A stretch of DNA of 64,000 nt from positions 79,484,001-79,548,000 of the forward strand of contig OX597819.1 in the NCBI GenBank assembly GCA_951406725.2, in the 5' to 3' direction. How positions within the stretch are numbered: position 1 is the stretch's first letter; every line of letters starts with the position of its first letter. The stretch comes from Octopus vulgaris. Lineage: Eukaryota. The notes under the pieces were generated by a model. The model was not told where the DNA came from and did not search any database. It saw only the letters and a program-made list of their open reading frames with translations. Below, piece by piece: positions 52,886 through 64,000 of this stretch. A program made the position numbers and the translations under genes.

Positions 52886-53037
52886 AAATTAGAATAAAAC
52901 CACCTTTTATCAATTCAACATTACTTAATCATTGGTATATGTTTTATCTTATATTTAATTTTCCTATAAGATGTAATTTTTTCTAAGTGATATAATTTAA
53001 TTTTTTCATTGTTGAATTGATAAAAGGTGTTTTTTCG

Positions 53038-53040
<3 letters not shown>
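52886..53040. repeat. Small inverted-repeat element between (TA)n tracts
   Basis: caccttttatcaattcaaca … tgttgaattgataaaaggtg. Confidence 0.75.
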
Positions 53041-53094
<54 letters not shown>

Positions 53095-53545
53095 TTTGTG
53101 AAATTTGATTTAGTATTTCTAAATTGAATTTTTCCCTGTAAGTTTGGAATAATAATCCCTCATATTATTACAATATCCTCATATTGTTTACAAGGGGATC
53201 CGTAAACACACATATAGAGAAATCGTACAAATGTAAACACTGGCAGAAACATACATTTTACTCATATAAATGATTTCGGTAGTCATTATAGTTTGAACAA
53301 TTAGTTAAATGTGCATTTCACTTCAATAGAGAAATCCTTTCCTAAGCCTTTGAACATTATTTTAATCAACGTAACCCTCCCTCTCTATTTGTTCCCTATT
53401 TATTATTCCTTTAACCCTTCTCTTCCTACTATCTAACTTTGACATCAATTGTATTAACGGTTTTTTTTTAACACTTATTAACGACGTTTTGTTTACCATG
53501 TAGGCAATCATCGTAATTATTATATTGTCTTGTTGAGAGAGGCTC

Positions 53546-53638
53546 CCTTTCTTTCCTGATGAGAAGATTGCATCTTACACCGTTCATTCCTTTGGAGTAA
53601 AACCCTGCTGTATTCGAAACATATGTCGAAAGTAAAGG
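53546..53638 (+). ncRNA. Type I hammerhead ribozyme, canonical core
   Basis: ctttc-CTGATGA-gaa…(~47 nt)…ttc-GAAA-catatg-TC-gaaag. GUC triplet, perfect palindromic stem III ACATATGT, stem I extendable (ccttt/aaagg). Confidence 0.85.
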
Positions 53639-54639
53639 AATTTTTTAACATCTTCTTTCAACTCCATTTATCTATTTATTCATATATAACACACAACTTT
53701 CTGCACATGAACCCGGAGTTTCTACCTTTGGATAGGTCGCTTCAACCGTGTTTCTGACATGAATTTGCTACCCTGGTATCAGTTCATCGAACTTTCCATG
53801 TTGACGGTAATCATAGGATAATTCATTCACCCATTAAAGGATAATATTTATCTCCACTCAACCGTGAATGTCCCGTTAGAACAAACTATACTGCGGTAGA
53901 TACCACGAGAGAAACTCCTATATTGTTTTTTGTGTAAAATACGCTCCCGTTTATATCGCGAACGGGGTGATAAATCCTCGCCATCTCCAGCACCGACAAC
54001 ATCAGATAACGTGGTTTCGAGCTTCCTTGGTCTCATCAATGATGAACGCCTCACCGCTAGAAATATGTTTTGTATAAAGATAAAAAAAATAGAGAAGTTT
54101 CTTGAAGTGCTTGTACTCTGGAACTTGGATCCATTGCTGAAGTGTTGGTCGTTTGTCGAATCTATAGAAATTCGTCTAGTATTTCAGAGCGGCTCCCGTC
54201 ATGTGATATGAAGTACCAAACTTCAGTCAGAAGCGGCTACTATCTTAAGAAATGATTATTACCTAAAACTACCACCAGAAGTAAAAACTTTTGTTAATCC
54301 TAATCGTTCGGTTCACCATCTGTCTACCAGAGGTTTCTGTTGATTCACAAATATCAACTGTTACGCATATCTCGATCAGCCGAACTTGTCGATGGCGTAT
54401 AGATATGGAGGTACAGTTATGAATTGACATACAGTACTACTGCCATTGGAGATCTTCCATCATTTCCCGTTGTTCTATTTACAACAACTATAACCCCATT
54501 TGTACTCATTATGCAGTTTCACCGATCCTGTCTTTTTTCTTATGTTTAGATGCGGCATAGTTAGGGATGCATTATCCAGTAGACACTTCCTTTATAAAAC
54601 ACAGGACATGGTTTGAGACAGATGACAACGTTACTTCTA

Positions 54640-55185
54640 GCAGGGAGCAGATTGTCGTGGGAGTGATGGCAGTAGTGGTGGTGGTGGCAGTGGTGGTGGT
54701 GATGATGGCGGCGGCAGTGGTGATAGCGATGGTGATGATGGTGATTGTTGTTGCAGTTGTGGTGGTGGTAATGGTGGGTGTTCGTGATGGTGAAAGCGGT
54801 GATAGTGTTAATAAGAGCAGTGATGGTCATGGTAGTTATCGTGGTGTTAGTTGAAGGGCGATTGTATTGTTCATGTTGAAGGCGGTGGTAGTATTGGTGG
54901 TGTTATTAGAGGTGCTGATGATTGTGGCATTGGTAGTATTAGCAGTTGTAGTAGTGCTGTTAGTAATTAATGTGGTAGTATTTATTATGGTGTTGGTGGG
55001 AGTCGTGGCGCTGATAGTGATACTAATGGCGGTGGTTGTGGCGGAAACATACTGGCAGTAGTCATTGTTATGGTGGTGGTGGTGGTGATAGTTCTATGCG
55101 GTGATGATGGTAGTAGCTTTTGTAATAGTATTGGAAGTGCTGTTGGTGGTTGTGGTGTTAGAGTTAGTGGTAGTGGTGACATTAC
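54640..55185. repeat. Degenerate (GGT/GAT/GTT)n low-complexity tract
   Basis: Period-3 G/T-rich repeat. Confidence 0.85.
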
Positions 55186-55493
55186 TACCACCGTACAATG
55201 GAGAATTTTCATAATTCATTTAGCTGATTTGTGAGAAATTCAGTATAAGAGCTACAGGAAGTCTCAGAGTGATTGTGAATAAAGAGAAGATATCGACATC
55301 AATCACATACAAAGATAGTAGGGAAAAGTAGTGGAGAGAGAGAATGGGAGAGAGAGAGAGGGAGAGAGGGAGAGACTGAGAGAGAGAGAAAGAGAAAAAG
55401 TCAAGGGTCGAACGGAAAGATGAATGAGCAGAAAACAATGCAAACATTAAAGAGAGGGCTACATCTCTGTCTCTGTCTCTGTCTCTCTCTGTC

Positions 55494-55549
<56 letters not shown>

Positions 55550-55639
55550 CGCACATACATACATGCACACACATATGTATATATATACACACACATACTA
55601 CATATCTATATCTCTATCTATCTGTATCTATATATACAT

Positions 55640-55691
<52 letters not shown>

Positions 55692-55776
55692 GTATATATG
55701 TGTGTGTGTGTGAGTGTGTGTGCGTGTAAGTGTTTGTATATATATGTATATATATGTATGTGTGTATGTGTATATA

Positions 55777-56610
55777 TACAGGTTGCAGTGAATAAACTCG
55801 TCTAAATTGTGCAAAAATGAAAATAATACTGACATCTCATTTTAGTAGATGTTTTCACCAAAGTTAAATAAAAATATTTTGAAAGACTACAGAATAAATT
55901 TATTCAATAAAATCGCAATTGACTTCAACGACGGCCTCCTGACAACTTCGCAATCTCTTGCAACTCTTCTGGGCGGTCTCTTTGTTTAAGTTGGCGAGTG
56001 CTGCCATAATCCTTGCCTTCAGTTCGTCTTTGGTGTTACAAGGAGTTTTTTGGTGGTTTCTCACTCAACTGCGCCCTACATAATAATCAAGTGACGTGCA
56101 GTCTGGGGTGTTAGGTGGCCAGATACTAGGTGTGATGTGGTCGCAAAAGTTGTCTGACACCCACGACTAGGTTCTCCTGCTTGTGTGGCATGGTGCAGAG
56201 TCCTGTTGCCAGACATAGGGTCTTCCTGCAGCCACCCTCTTGACCCAGGGCAGCACTACCTCCTCCAGGCACTTGATCTATGCCTCCCGTGCTGAGCCTG
56301 AGGTCGTGTGAGAAGATGAATGGAGGTATAACGTCGCCCTCACTAGTGATTACACCAAACATCATGATATTGACTGGATGTTTGACTTTTATAACTCTCT
56401 GCACATGTCCTCAGATTGACACCCAAACACTCTGAAATGTTCGTGTTGGAGCGTCCAGCGCGAATGCCAAGCAGTACAGCATGTTTCCAAATTTCTGGTA
56501 GAGTGAATTGCTGTACTGGCTGGAGAATTGCTGTACTCGCTGTACTGGCTGGGGAGTCAATACTTGCAGGAGAGAAGAGAGAGGATAATTTTAATGGAAG
56601 GAACAAATGA
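55777..56610 (-). mobile_element. Tc1/mariner DD37D (maT-like) transposon remnant with internal deletion
   Basis: HPVNIMMFGVITSEG…VWQQDSAPCHTS…WPPNTPDCTSLDYYV, with 37 residues between the second and third D. TA-caggttg terminus at ~55777. Confidence 0.8.
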
Positions 56611-57633
56611 TCTGAAAGGTAAACAAACAACAAGCGTTCGATAGATGGCCTTTCATTCTGTCCGCCGTGCAGATGTCATTGTTCATTGGAGCGATCTAAC
56701 TCTGAGGACGAGATCGACACCAGCCGCTAAGTAACGATGACTAACCTATCGAAAGCTTTCGATTGAACCAAGTTGAGCTTGGCAAATGGTTTGAAATATC
56801 TTGGCGGGCGTGAGTTAAATAAATTAAGAGCTTTTGTCTGGAGTTCTAAAGATTCCGTCAATCAACTGCTCTACTCTAAAGAAAATGTTTATAAGAATAA
56901 AAAAGCTGAGAATGTTTAAGGGAAATAAGCAGGGTTAAAGAGTGGCTTCAAGAGATTGTTGGGGAGAAGGAGAAAGGAGGTCATGAAGGGAAAAGGATGC
57001 GGAATAATATCTAACAAAAGCAAGATAGAAGAAATAGCTATGGAAAAAGAGTAATTGTGGGAAAGAAAAGTGAATGGAGACATGGAGTACAAAAGAGACA
57101 AGGATAGGTAGAGATGAAAATAGAGAGAAAGATAAAGAAGATGGCTAATGTTTATGTGTGTGTGTGTGTGTGTGTGCGTGTGCGTGCCTGTTTGTGTGTT
57201 TATACGTATATATGGCCAGACTAGAACAAAATACAATGAAAGAGGAGTGGGGGAAATAGGGAAGAGAGAGAGAGTATGTGACAGGAATATAGTAACAGCT
57301 TCAGATGACGGTATATGATGATATATATACATATGAATACACACGCACACGTACACGTACGCATGCACAGACGCAAGGGCACTCACTCATACACACACTC
57401 ATGGTATTTCTTGCAAAAAAAACTGGAGAGATAATGTTTCTACAACCGTTATGTAATTATGACAGTGGTTTGCCAAAAAGCCTGTATATTTTATGACGTC
57501 TTTAATACTATATCTGTTTTTTTTCTTCTATGTCATTAATCCTATACTTTGGCTTCTATTGCCCCCTAACATAGCTTGAGTTTACGTGTCATGCTTCGCA
57601 GCACGCGGCTACTTCATAACCGAGTGAGTTCTG

Positions 57634-57753
57634 ATGGCAATAAACGTTTACTGCATCGGAACGGAGAAGCAACACGTCGAGTTCTCGCTCAAGAACTTAC
57701 CTATGCATAACAGGCGACAATACCTTGAAGTTATGCTGCAGAAATGTGAGCGC

Positions 57754-57756
<3 letters not shown>
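57634..57756 (+). pseudogene. N-terminal start of a PLE ORF truncated by (TA)n
   Basis: MAINVY…EFSLKNLPMHNRRQYLEVMLQKCERF resembles the (Y/F)SxKNIP…Y…KxExF N-terminal motif I recall for YRDD-type PLEs. Confidence 0.5.
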
Positions 57757-57836
<80 letters not shown>

Positions 57837-57840
57837 ATAT

Positions 57841-58077
57841 ACTTTATTTAAAACCAGCAGTAATATAACAAAAGCTGCTACTCAGAGTTTCATGTTCCCC
57901 TTCGTCGGACAGTTTTGTTAAAATATTTTAGCTAAACTGTCCGACGAACGGGAAAGTAAAACTCTGAATAACAGCTTTTGTTATATTTCTGCTGCTTTCA
58001 AATAAAACATTCTACTTTACCTCTGGTATTTGAGTACTCTTTTTTCCACCTTGTTTCACATTTATGGGCCTACTGCA

Positions 58078-58078
<1 letters not shown>
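57841..58078. mobile_element. Palindromic twin-hammerhead element in (TA)n (copy 2)
   Basis: HHRs at 57875-57912 (-) and 57937-57974 (+), consensus ctgt-CCGACGA-acg ggaa cgt-GAAA-ctc t gag-TA-acag. The left arm ends just past AATAAA; the right arm has a ~70-nt tail homologous to 22376-22450. Confidence 0.85.
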
Positions 58079-58123
<45 letters not shown>

Positions 58124-58179
58124 GTATATAAAATTGCCAACCAAGTGTGATGGTCTATACAGGACAGTACTACTGATGT

Positions 58180-58790
58180 TTATAGTCCCAGGAAGACATC
58201 TCCCCCAGGATTCAGTCCCACTGCATGGTGTATAGGGCAAGTGTCTTCTACAATATCCTCGAGCTGACAAAAGCCTTGTGGGTCGATTTGGTAAACGGAA
58301 ACTTAAAGAAGCCCGTCGTATATATACATATATATATTTCTATGCCTGTGTCTTTGTGTCTTTTTGTCGCTCCATCACCGCTTAGCAACCGGTATTGGTG
58401 TGTTTGCACCCCCATATCTTAGCGGTTTGGCAGAATAGACCGATAGAATAAACACCAGGCTTTAAAAAATTCATTCGACTAAAAGTTGAAGACGGTGCCC
58501 CAGCATGGCCGCAGCCTAATGACTGAAAAAAATAAAAAAATTATAATATAGATTATATTTTTTTATTTCTTTAAGCCATTAGACTGCGGCCATGCTGGGA
58601 TACTGCCTTGAACTTTTAGTCGAATGAATAAACCTCACTACTTATTTTTAAAGCCCGTTGCTTATTCTATCGGTCAATTCTGCCAAACAGCTAAGATACG
58701 AGAGTGCGAACACAACACCACCGGTTTTCAAGCGGTGATGGCGCGACAAGCAGACAGACAATCAGACAGAAACATACGCACACACACACA
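58180..58790. mobile_element. Two SINE A copies, tail-to-tail
   Basis: Plus copy to ~58530 and minus copy from ~58570, each with the ggtgccccagcatggccgcag-type tail. Confidence 0.75.
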
Positions 58791-58794
58791 TACA

Positions 58795-59226
58795 TATTCT
58801 GGCGTGCTGGATGATCACTGAGAGTAAAACACTCCTTAACTTTTGTTAAAGTATGTCTCTAGAAGGTTGCTCTGAAATAAAACCAGATTCACAGGGAATG
58901 TGACTGAACATTTTGGAGGTCTTTCGCTTGCGCTTGAAATCATGGTGCTTCTACATTCCTTAACCTACGAGCAATATTTGGCACTGGATTTCTTGCACTG
59001 GCTTGTCTCTGGATCACATCAGTAAGATGGGAAAGTCTGTAAGGTTGAACCCAACTTTATACGTTGTGCAATCATCCACGAAGTGACTACGCGATGCCCG
59101 GTAGAGTAGGAAGGGGCTGTGGACATGAACCCAAGTGAAACTGACTTCTGATGCAATAACCTCATGCTGGCATTTTGCATGGTCATGATAGTCTTCTTTG
59201 GTTACAAGTGGACAGCCATCATCATC
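58795..59226 (+). mobile_element. Decayed RTE-like 3' fragment
   Basis: Ends …tggacagccatcatcatc, similar to the 3' UTR at 29610-29642. Confidence 0.35.
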
Positions 59227-59261
59227 AAACATATATATATATACATATACATAAACATATA

Positions 59262-59295
<34 letters not shown>

Positions 59296-59320
59296 CATAT
59301 ATATAAACATATATATATAT

Positions 59321-59736
59321 GAATTTTTTGCGTAGTGAGATAAAAGAACCCAAGGCTGTATAGATAGAGCATTTATAGATAGGTCTTACAGCTGTTTCTA
59401 GAATATTAATTAATAATAATATCCCTTCATCGGAGAAGGTGTGAGACTTTTGGATTTTACTCAAAGGATATTGGAATATCCATTATGCCTATAAAACGGA
59501 CTTATGAACTCAATAACCATACATATCTTACATCTATTTTCTTTCCTCCACCTCACTCTCTATTTGTATCACATCGAAAATAACTATGACTTAATTTTTC
59601 CTCTCACACCGTCTCCGATGAAGGGATATTATTATTAATTAATATTCTGGAAACAGGTGTAAGACCTTCTATCTATAAATGCTGTAATATCTATACAGCC
59701 TTGGTTCTTATTTTTATCTCAGTACACAAAAAATTC
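59321..59736. mobile_element. Palindromic twin-hammerhead element, second family
   Basis: ~125-bp inverted arms with HHRs at 59383-59437 (-) and 59611-59665 (+): gtct-CCGATGA-agggatatt…aatattct-GAAA-cag(c/g)tg-TA-agac. Confidence 0.85.
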
Positions 59737-60299
59737 ATATATACACACGCTGACATAGAACCAATGTTGGACCCTTTATTCGCAATATTACCGAATTTGG
59801 ATCTTAACTATGGTCTGTCTATAGCACTTATTCAGCATTATCTGACACCTTTGGGTCTCAATGACACCATTATCTCTTATATATATATATATATCGTTGC
59901 TATAATGTGAAATTGTCGTATGTGCAAATTTTGCCATATGCCTTTTTCTTTGATATTTATTTTTACTTACAATAGCCAGTTCTTTTGGTGTCAAACTATC
60001 GTACCTCCGGCTGCTTCAGATGCCAAGGTATCAAAGTGTTGTACAGCGGTTTTCTATGGAATGGTGAAGCTATTTTTCCGCGTTCTAAAAAAAGCAACGC
60101 TTTGGACTTACGACACTTTTTCATAACAGCAACGATATATGACGAGAAATGTCGACTGCTGAGGTTAGTATTACGTAACAGTTATCTATGTAACTATTCG
60201 AAACGTTCGTATTGAATGCATTCAAGCTATCAACATCTTGCTTTGTGAGTACTCCTTTATGTGTATGTACATACATACACACATGCATACATACATGCA

Positions 60300-60340
<41 letters not shown>

Positions 60341-60515
60341 AGTATATGCGTGTATTTGCATCTACGCATAGAAGAAAGAGAGGGGGAGAGAGAGAGTAAA
60401 AAGAAAGAGTGTGAGGAATATAGAAAAACGGAAAGAAAAGGAAGGCGGAGTCAAAATAAGACAAATAGAGAAATGGGGACGAAAGGAGGGAGAGAAAATA
60501 GGAGAGAAAGAAACA

Positions 60516-60552
<37 letters not shown>

Positions 60553-60593
60553 ACATCGGGAGGTGGGTATAGTAACGAGACAAAGAAAGAATA

Positions 60594-60629
<36 letters not shown>

Positions 60630-60821
60630 AACCGGGTACTGTAATCGTGGACATCAAATTTACAGGTGTAGTTGTAATTTCTCATTATCAAAAATTCATG
60701 TTAGTTGTGTAAGTTGTCGCTCTCTCTCTCTCTCTCTCTCTGCCCTTCTCCCCTTCTCTCCCCTCCCCTCCCTTTGCAACTGAAGAATTTCTTCTTTTTG
60801 TTTTTCCGTTTTGAATCTACC

Positions 60822-60860
<39 letters not shown>

Positions 60861-60861
60861 G

Positions 60862-60935
<74 letters not shown>

Positions 60936-61599
60936 CATCATCATCATCATCGTCATCATTACTATTCTTTTTTTTTATTATGTTTGTTGTTTTTGTTGTT
61001 ATTGTTTCATTTATTCAATGTTCGGTTTTTTTGCATAACACACTGCAATCAGTTAATCTTGTCGCCTTCACATCAACCAGTTTGGTATTTTCGTATCAAT
61101 TTCACTGGTTGTCTAAGAAAAAAAAAACTAACAAAATTATTAATTGTAATTAATTACCATCTGAATTATTTATTCATTGTAAAAGGCAAATACCGTTAAA
61201 CAGCCACAAAATTTCAACACCACCACCACAACCACCGCCGCCACCACCACAACCACAAACAACAACAACAACAATAACGATGACGACGACAACAACAACA
61301 ACAACAACAAAAGAATGAAAATAAAAGCAAAGCCGTAACAAACGCAATCAAAATACGTGAAACATACAATCGCAGAGATAAAACACTAATATATACATAA
61401 CAAACGTAGACATACGCATATATAGACTTGCATACACGCACACACACACACACACACATACACACACACACACACACTCGCACACACAAACATACTCGTA
61501 CACACACACACACACTCACACACACACTCACAAACACCTAAACAGAACCTCTTCCATTTTAGATAAATTTCTAACAATCACAGCAAAAATTCTGAAGAA

Positions 61600-61895
61600 A
61601 TGGGTTTCATCTCCCGCTCTCATTCAACTGTCGTCTGCCTCAAATTTTGTATCTGCTACTTTCAATATAACAGACGATATCTGGAGTAAAACTGCATATC
61701 ACCGATGATGTTCCCGGGCAAACGAATAGCCTTAATATCAACTAGGACGACATCCTAAGACTAACTCTTTTCTTACGGAACAAAGGTTATTTCAGCCCTC
61801 GTCACTTACTATATTCTACAAAGCTCAAGTGAGATTTGCAATGGAATACTTTTCCTACATCTGGGATAGGGCTGCTTCTATCCTTACTTGAATCT
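61600..61895 (+). mobile_element. CR1/Jockey-type LINE RT C-terminal fragment
   Basis: FYKAQVRFAMEYFSYIWDRA matches the LYKAQVRPxMEYxSHxWxGA motif. Confidence 0.6.
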
Positions 61896-62676
61896 AAATC
61901 TGAAATCTTTTCTGCTTTTGAAAATATATCTTCAAGTAACTAACTTTCTAGGATCCAAAGTCAGTTTTTGACCAAGTGGTATTTCATTTCTCCAAATGCA
62001 ATTTTGTATCTCTTAAGCAGGAGGAAGGCCAATACTTATGACTTTTACAATCGAGAGGCCTAGTTGTGGTAAATTTATACTTACGTGTCCTATAGCTGTA
62101 AAAATTCATACAATATAGAGAGAGATTTCCATATTAATTCATAGAATTTCTGTTTATTTCCTAAATTTCCAAAGTAAACCTGACCATTTATTTATAATGT
62201 CACCGTTTTTATCACATACTATTTTCCTTTATTGCGGGAGGGTTTTTTTTTCACTCTTGTATATTTTCTCATTTTTATGTTTGAAACTTAAAGTACCTAA
62301 TTTCCTTTTAACCTAGGGTACAATTACTTGTTTTGATTCATATAACTTTTTATTTGTTTTCTGATTATATTCAGCTTGTATTGATTTAACTTGTTTTTCC
62401 TTAGTGTATTCACAAATAGAGGGCAATGAATGATTAACGCAATCAAATTCAGTGCATTATATATATATTAGACGAAGAGCAATAGACAATAATTCATAAG
62501 TTAATGTAATGTTTACACATGAATACTTCAAAATTGCAGTTACTATTGAATCGATGTTAATAAATATTTTGATGGCTAAGAATTGAACTATTCCCAAGTT
62601 CAATCCAGTGGTAGATATATTTTCATATACATGCATATATGCATATACATCTCTCTCTCTCTCTCTCTCTCTCCCC

Positions 62677-62733
<57 letters not shown>

Positions 62734-62805
62734 CGCGTGTGTGCGTGTATGTGTGTATACGTATGTACATGTGTGCGCAGGAGTGGCTGTATGGTAAGTA
62801 GCTTT

Positions 62806-64000
62806 GATAACCTTCGTCTGAGTTAGACGTGTTATTTTGCTGCTCCGGATGCCACGTTGTTTCAACGTGAATTGTTGAACTCTCGACTCGACTGCAGGTA
62901 GGCGTTTTGTATTTTTGCGAGCGAAGTGAAGTTTTATTACTTGCATTAATGTTTTTTAGCATTAAATATTTTTTTAGCAGATACTAAGGCTCCACTTTGC
63001 TCCGGATATAATTTTTCTGCTTGTTGTCGAGTGTAAAGAAAATTGTGTTTTTGAGGCGGCGTAGTCCGTCTGCAAAAATTATTTTTGAAATTGTCGTTGT
63101 GTTATCCACGGGATTTACCAAGGATTATTTTACCAAGGTGTTTTACCAACAGTGTATTTGGCCTGGAATACAATTTTTGGCCGAAAAAGTGAACAAAAAA
63201 AAAGAAAAATTAATTCCTTTGTCTGAATTTGAACTCTCTTTCTCCGTCTATCATTCATTTGTAAAAAAAAAAGAACTTTTTTTGAACTGCCATTTTAATT
63301 TTATTTCTTCCCTTCTGTTGCTTTTTTCATTCTCCTTTCTGTGTCTAATTTATTTTGTAACATTTTGAACTGTTTTTCTTACGTTATGGCAAGGAATTTC
63401 ACTGTGTGGGAATTGACACCTCCCAAAAAGTACTTAAAGGAGCTCGAGGACAAAACCGTGGTGTTGAGGACATATTCGAGGTCGCTCGACACCATAATGG
63501 TTTTCCCGAAAGCCACCATTATGAACGAGTTGGCAGACTATATGCCAGCCGTTAAACACATTCAACGGGGAGCCAAATACGCAACGATTTGGTTGCTGTT
63601 TGACTCCCCTAAAGCAGCTTGCGATTTCGCGAGTAAGCCCATTGAGGGCGAAAAGATTCTGTTTCTCCCAAGCTATAAGGGGGAAAAATTGATACGATTA
63701 TGGGTCTGCAGCCTGCCGCCCGGCTTTGAGCCCGAGTGGGTGGAAGATTCCATCCGCCGGGGTCTGAGTGGTGGTAGCGCCAAGATCCTGAACGTGAGAA
63801 TGCAGCCTGCGGCTGACTGGGAAGGGGCTAAGGCTACTTTGACTCTGTGGACCCAGTCGGCCAAGAGTCTGGCTTTGCCGGACTTCTTGAAGATGGCCGG
63901 GTCCAAGTATCCGGTGATGCTTGAGGGACGCCCCCCAAGTGTCACCTGTGTTCGGAGACCGGCCACATTAAGAAAAACTGCCACAGGAACCAGAGTAGGA
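62806..64000 (+). mobile_element. 5' end of a probable L1/Tx1-type LINE (5' UTR + ORF1), running off the window
   Basis: Begins immediately after a SINE A head fragment (62775-62805); T-rich UTR, then a GC-rich ORF. Confidence 0.65.
63386..64000 (+). CDS. Gag-like ORF1 with CCHC zinc knuckle (partial)
   Basis: MARNFTVWELTPPKKYLKELEDKTVVLRTY… is open to the window end. A 1-nt shift in the C6 run at ~63931 gives GRPPKCHLCSETGHIKKNC (CX2CX4HX4C). Not in the ORF track because it has no stop inside the window. Confidence 0.75.
   Translation, partial: MARNFTVWELTPPKKYLKELEDKTVVLRTYSRSLDTIMVFPKATIMNELADYMPAVKHIQRGAKYATIWLLFDSPKAACDFASKPIEGEKILFLPSYKGEKLIRLWVCSLPPGFEPEWVEDSIRRGLSGGSAKILNVRMQPAADWEGAKATLTLWTQSAKSLALPDFLKMAGSKYPVMLEGRPPSVTCVRRPATLRKTATGTRVG

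Noticed and set aside
54001-54045. Minus-strand TTGATGA-ga…tc-GAAA-ccacg-TTA hammerhead-like string
   Set aside because: C3 is altered and stems I and III do not pair in register. Possibly a decayed copy, but not supportable.
54561-55212. Hydrophobic Val-rich and His-rich ORFs resembling membrane or metal-binding proteins
   Set aside because: They derive from a degenerate (GGT/GAT)n tract.

Overview
This is eukaryotic, AT-rich, microsatellite-saturated intergenic or intronic DNA. The SINE families and repeat density suggest an octopus or other coleoid cephalopod (inference, not verified). I found no host protein-coding exon, and almost all short ORFs in the track are translations of microsatellites. 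The recognisable coding content is all transposon-derived: two large Penelope-like elements (PLEs, RT + GIY-YIG, ~6974-10643 + and ~11841-14741 -), R4/Dong-type RLE retroelement fragments in (TAA)n, L1/Tx1, CR1/Jockey-like and RTE fragments, DD37D Tc1/mariner remnants, Helentron-like elements and many tRNA-derived SINEs. The main signal not shown by the ORF track is about 15-18 type I hammerhead ribozyme (HHR) motifs. They have short palindromic stem III and belong to several unrelated PLE-terminus families, some with recurrent non-canonical cores (CCGANGA; CUGUNGA plus an extra A). Several occur as head-to-head pairs inside small non-coding palindromic elements embedded in (TA)n. All motifs were folded by eye, coordinates are approximate to a few bases, and ribozyme activity is untested.
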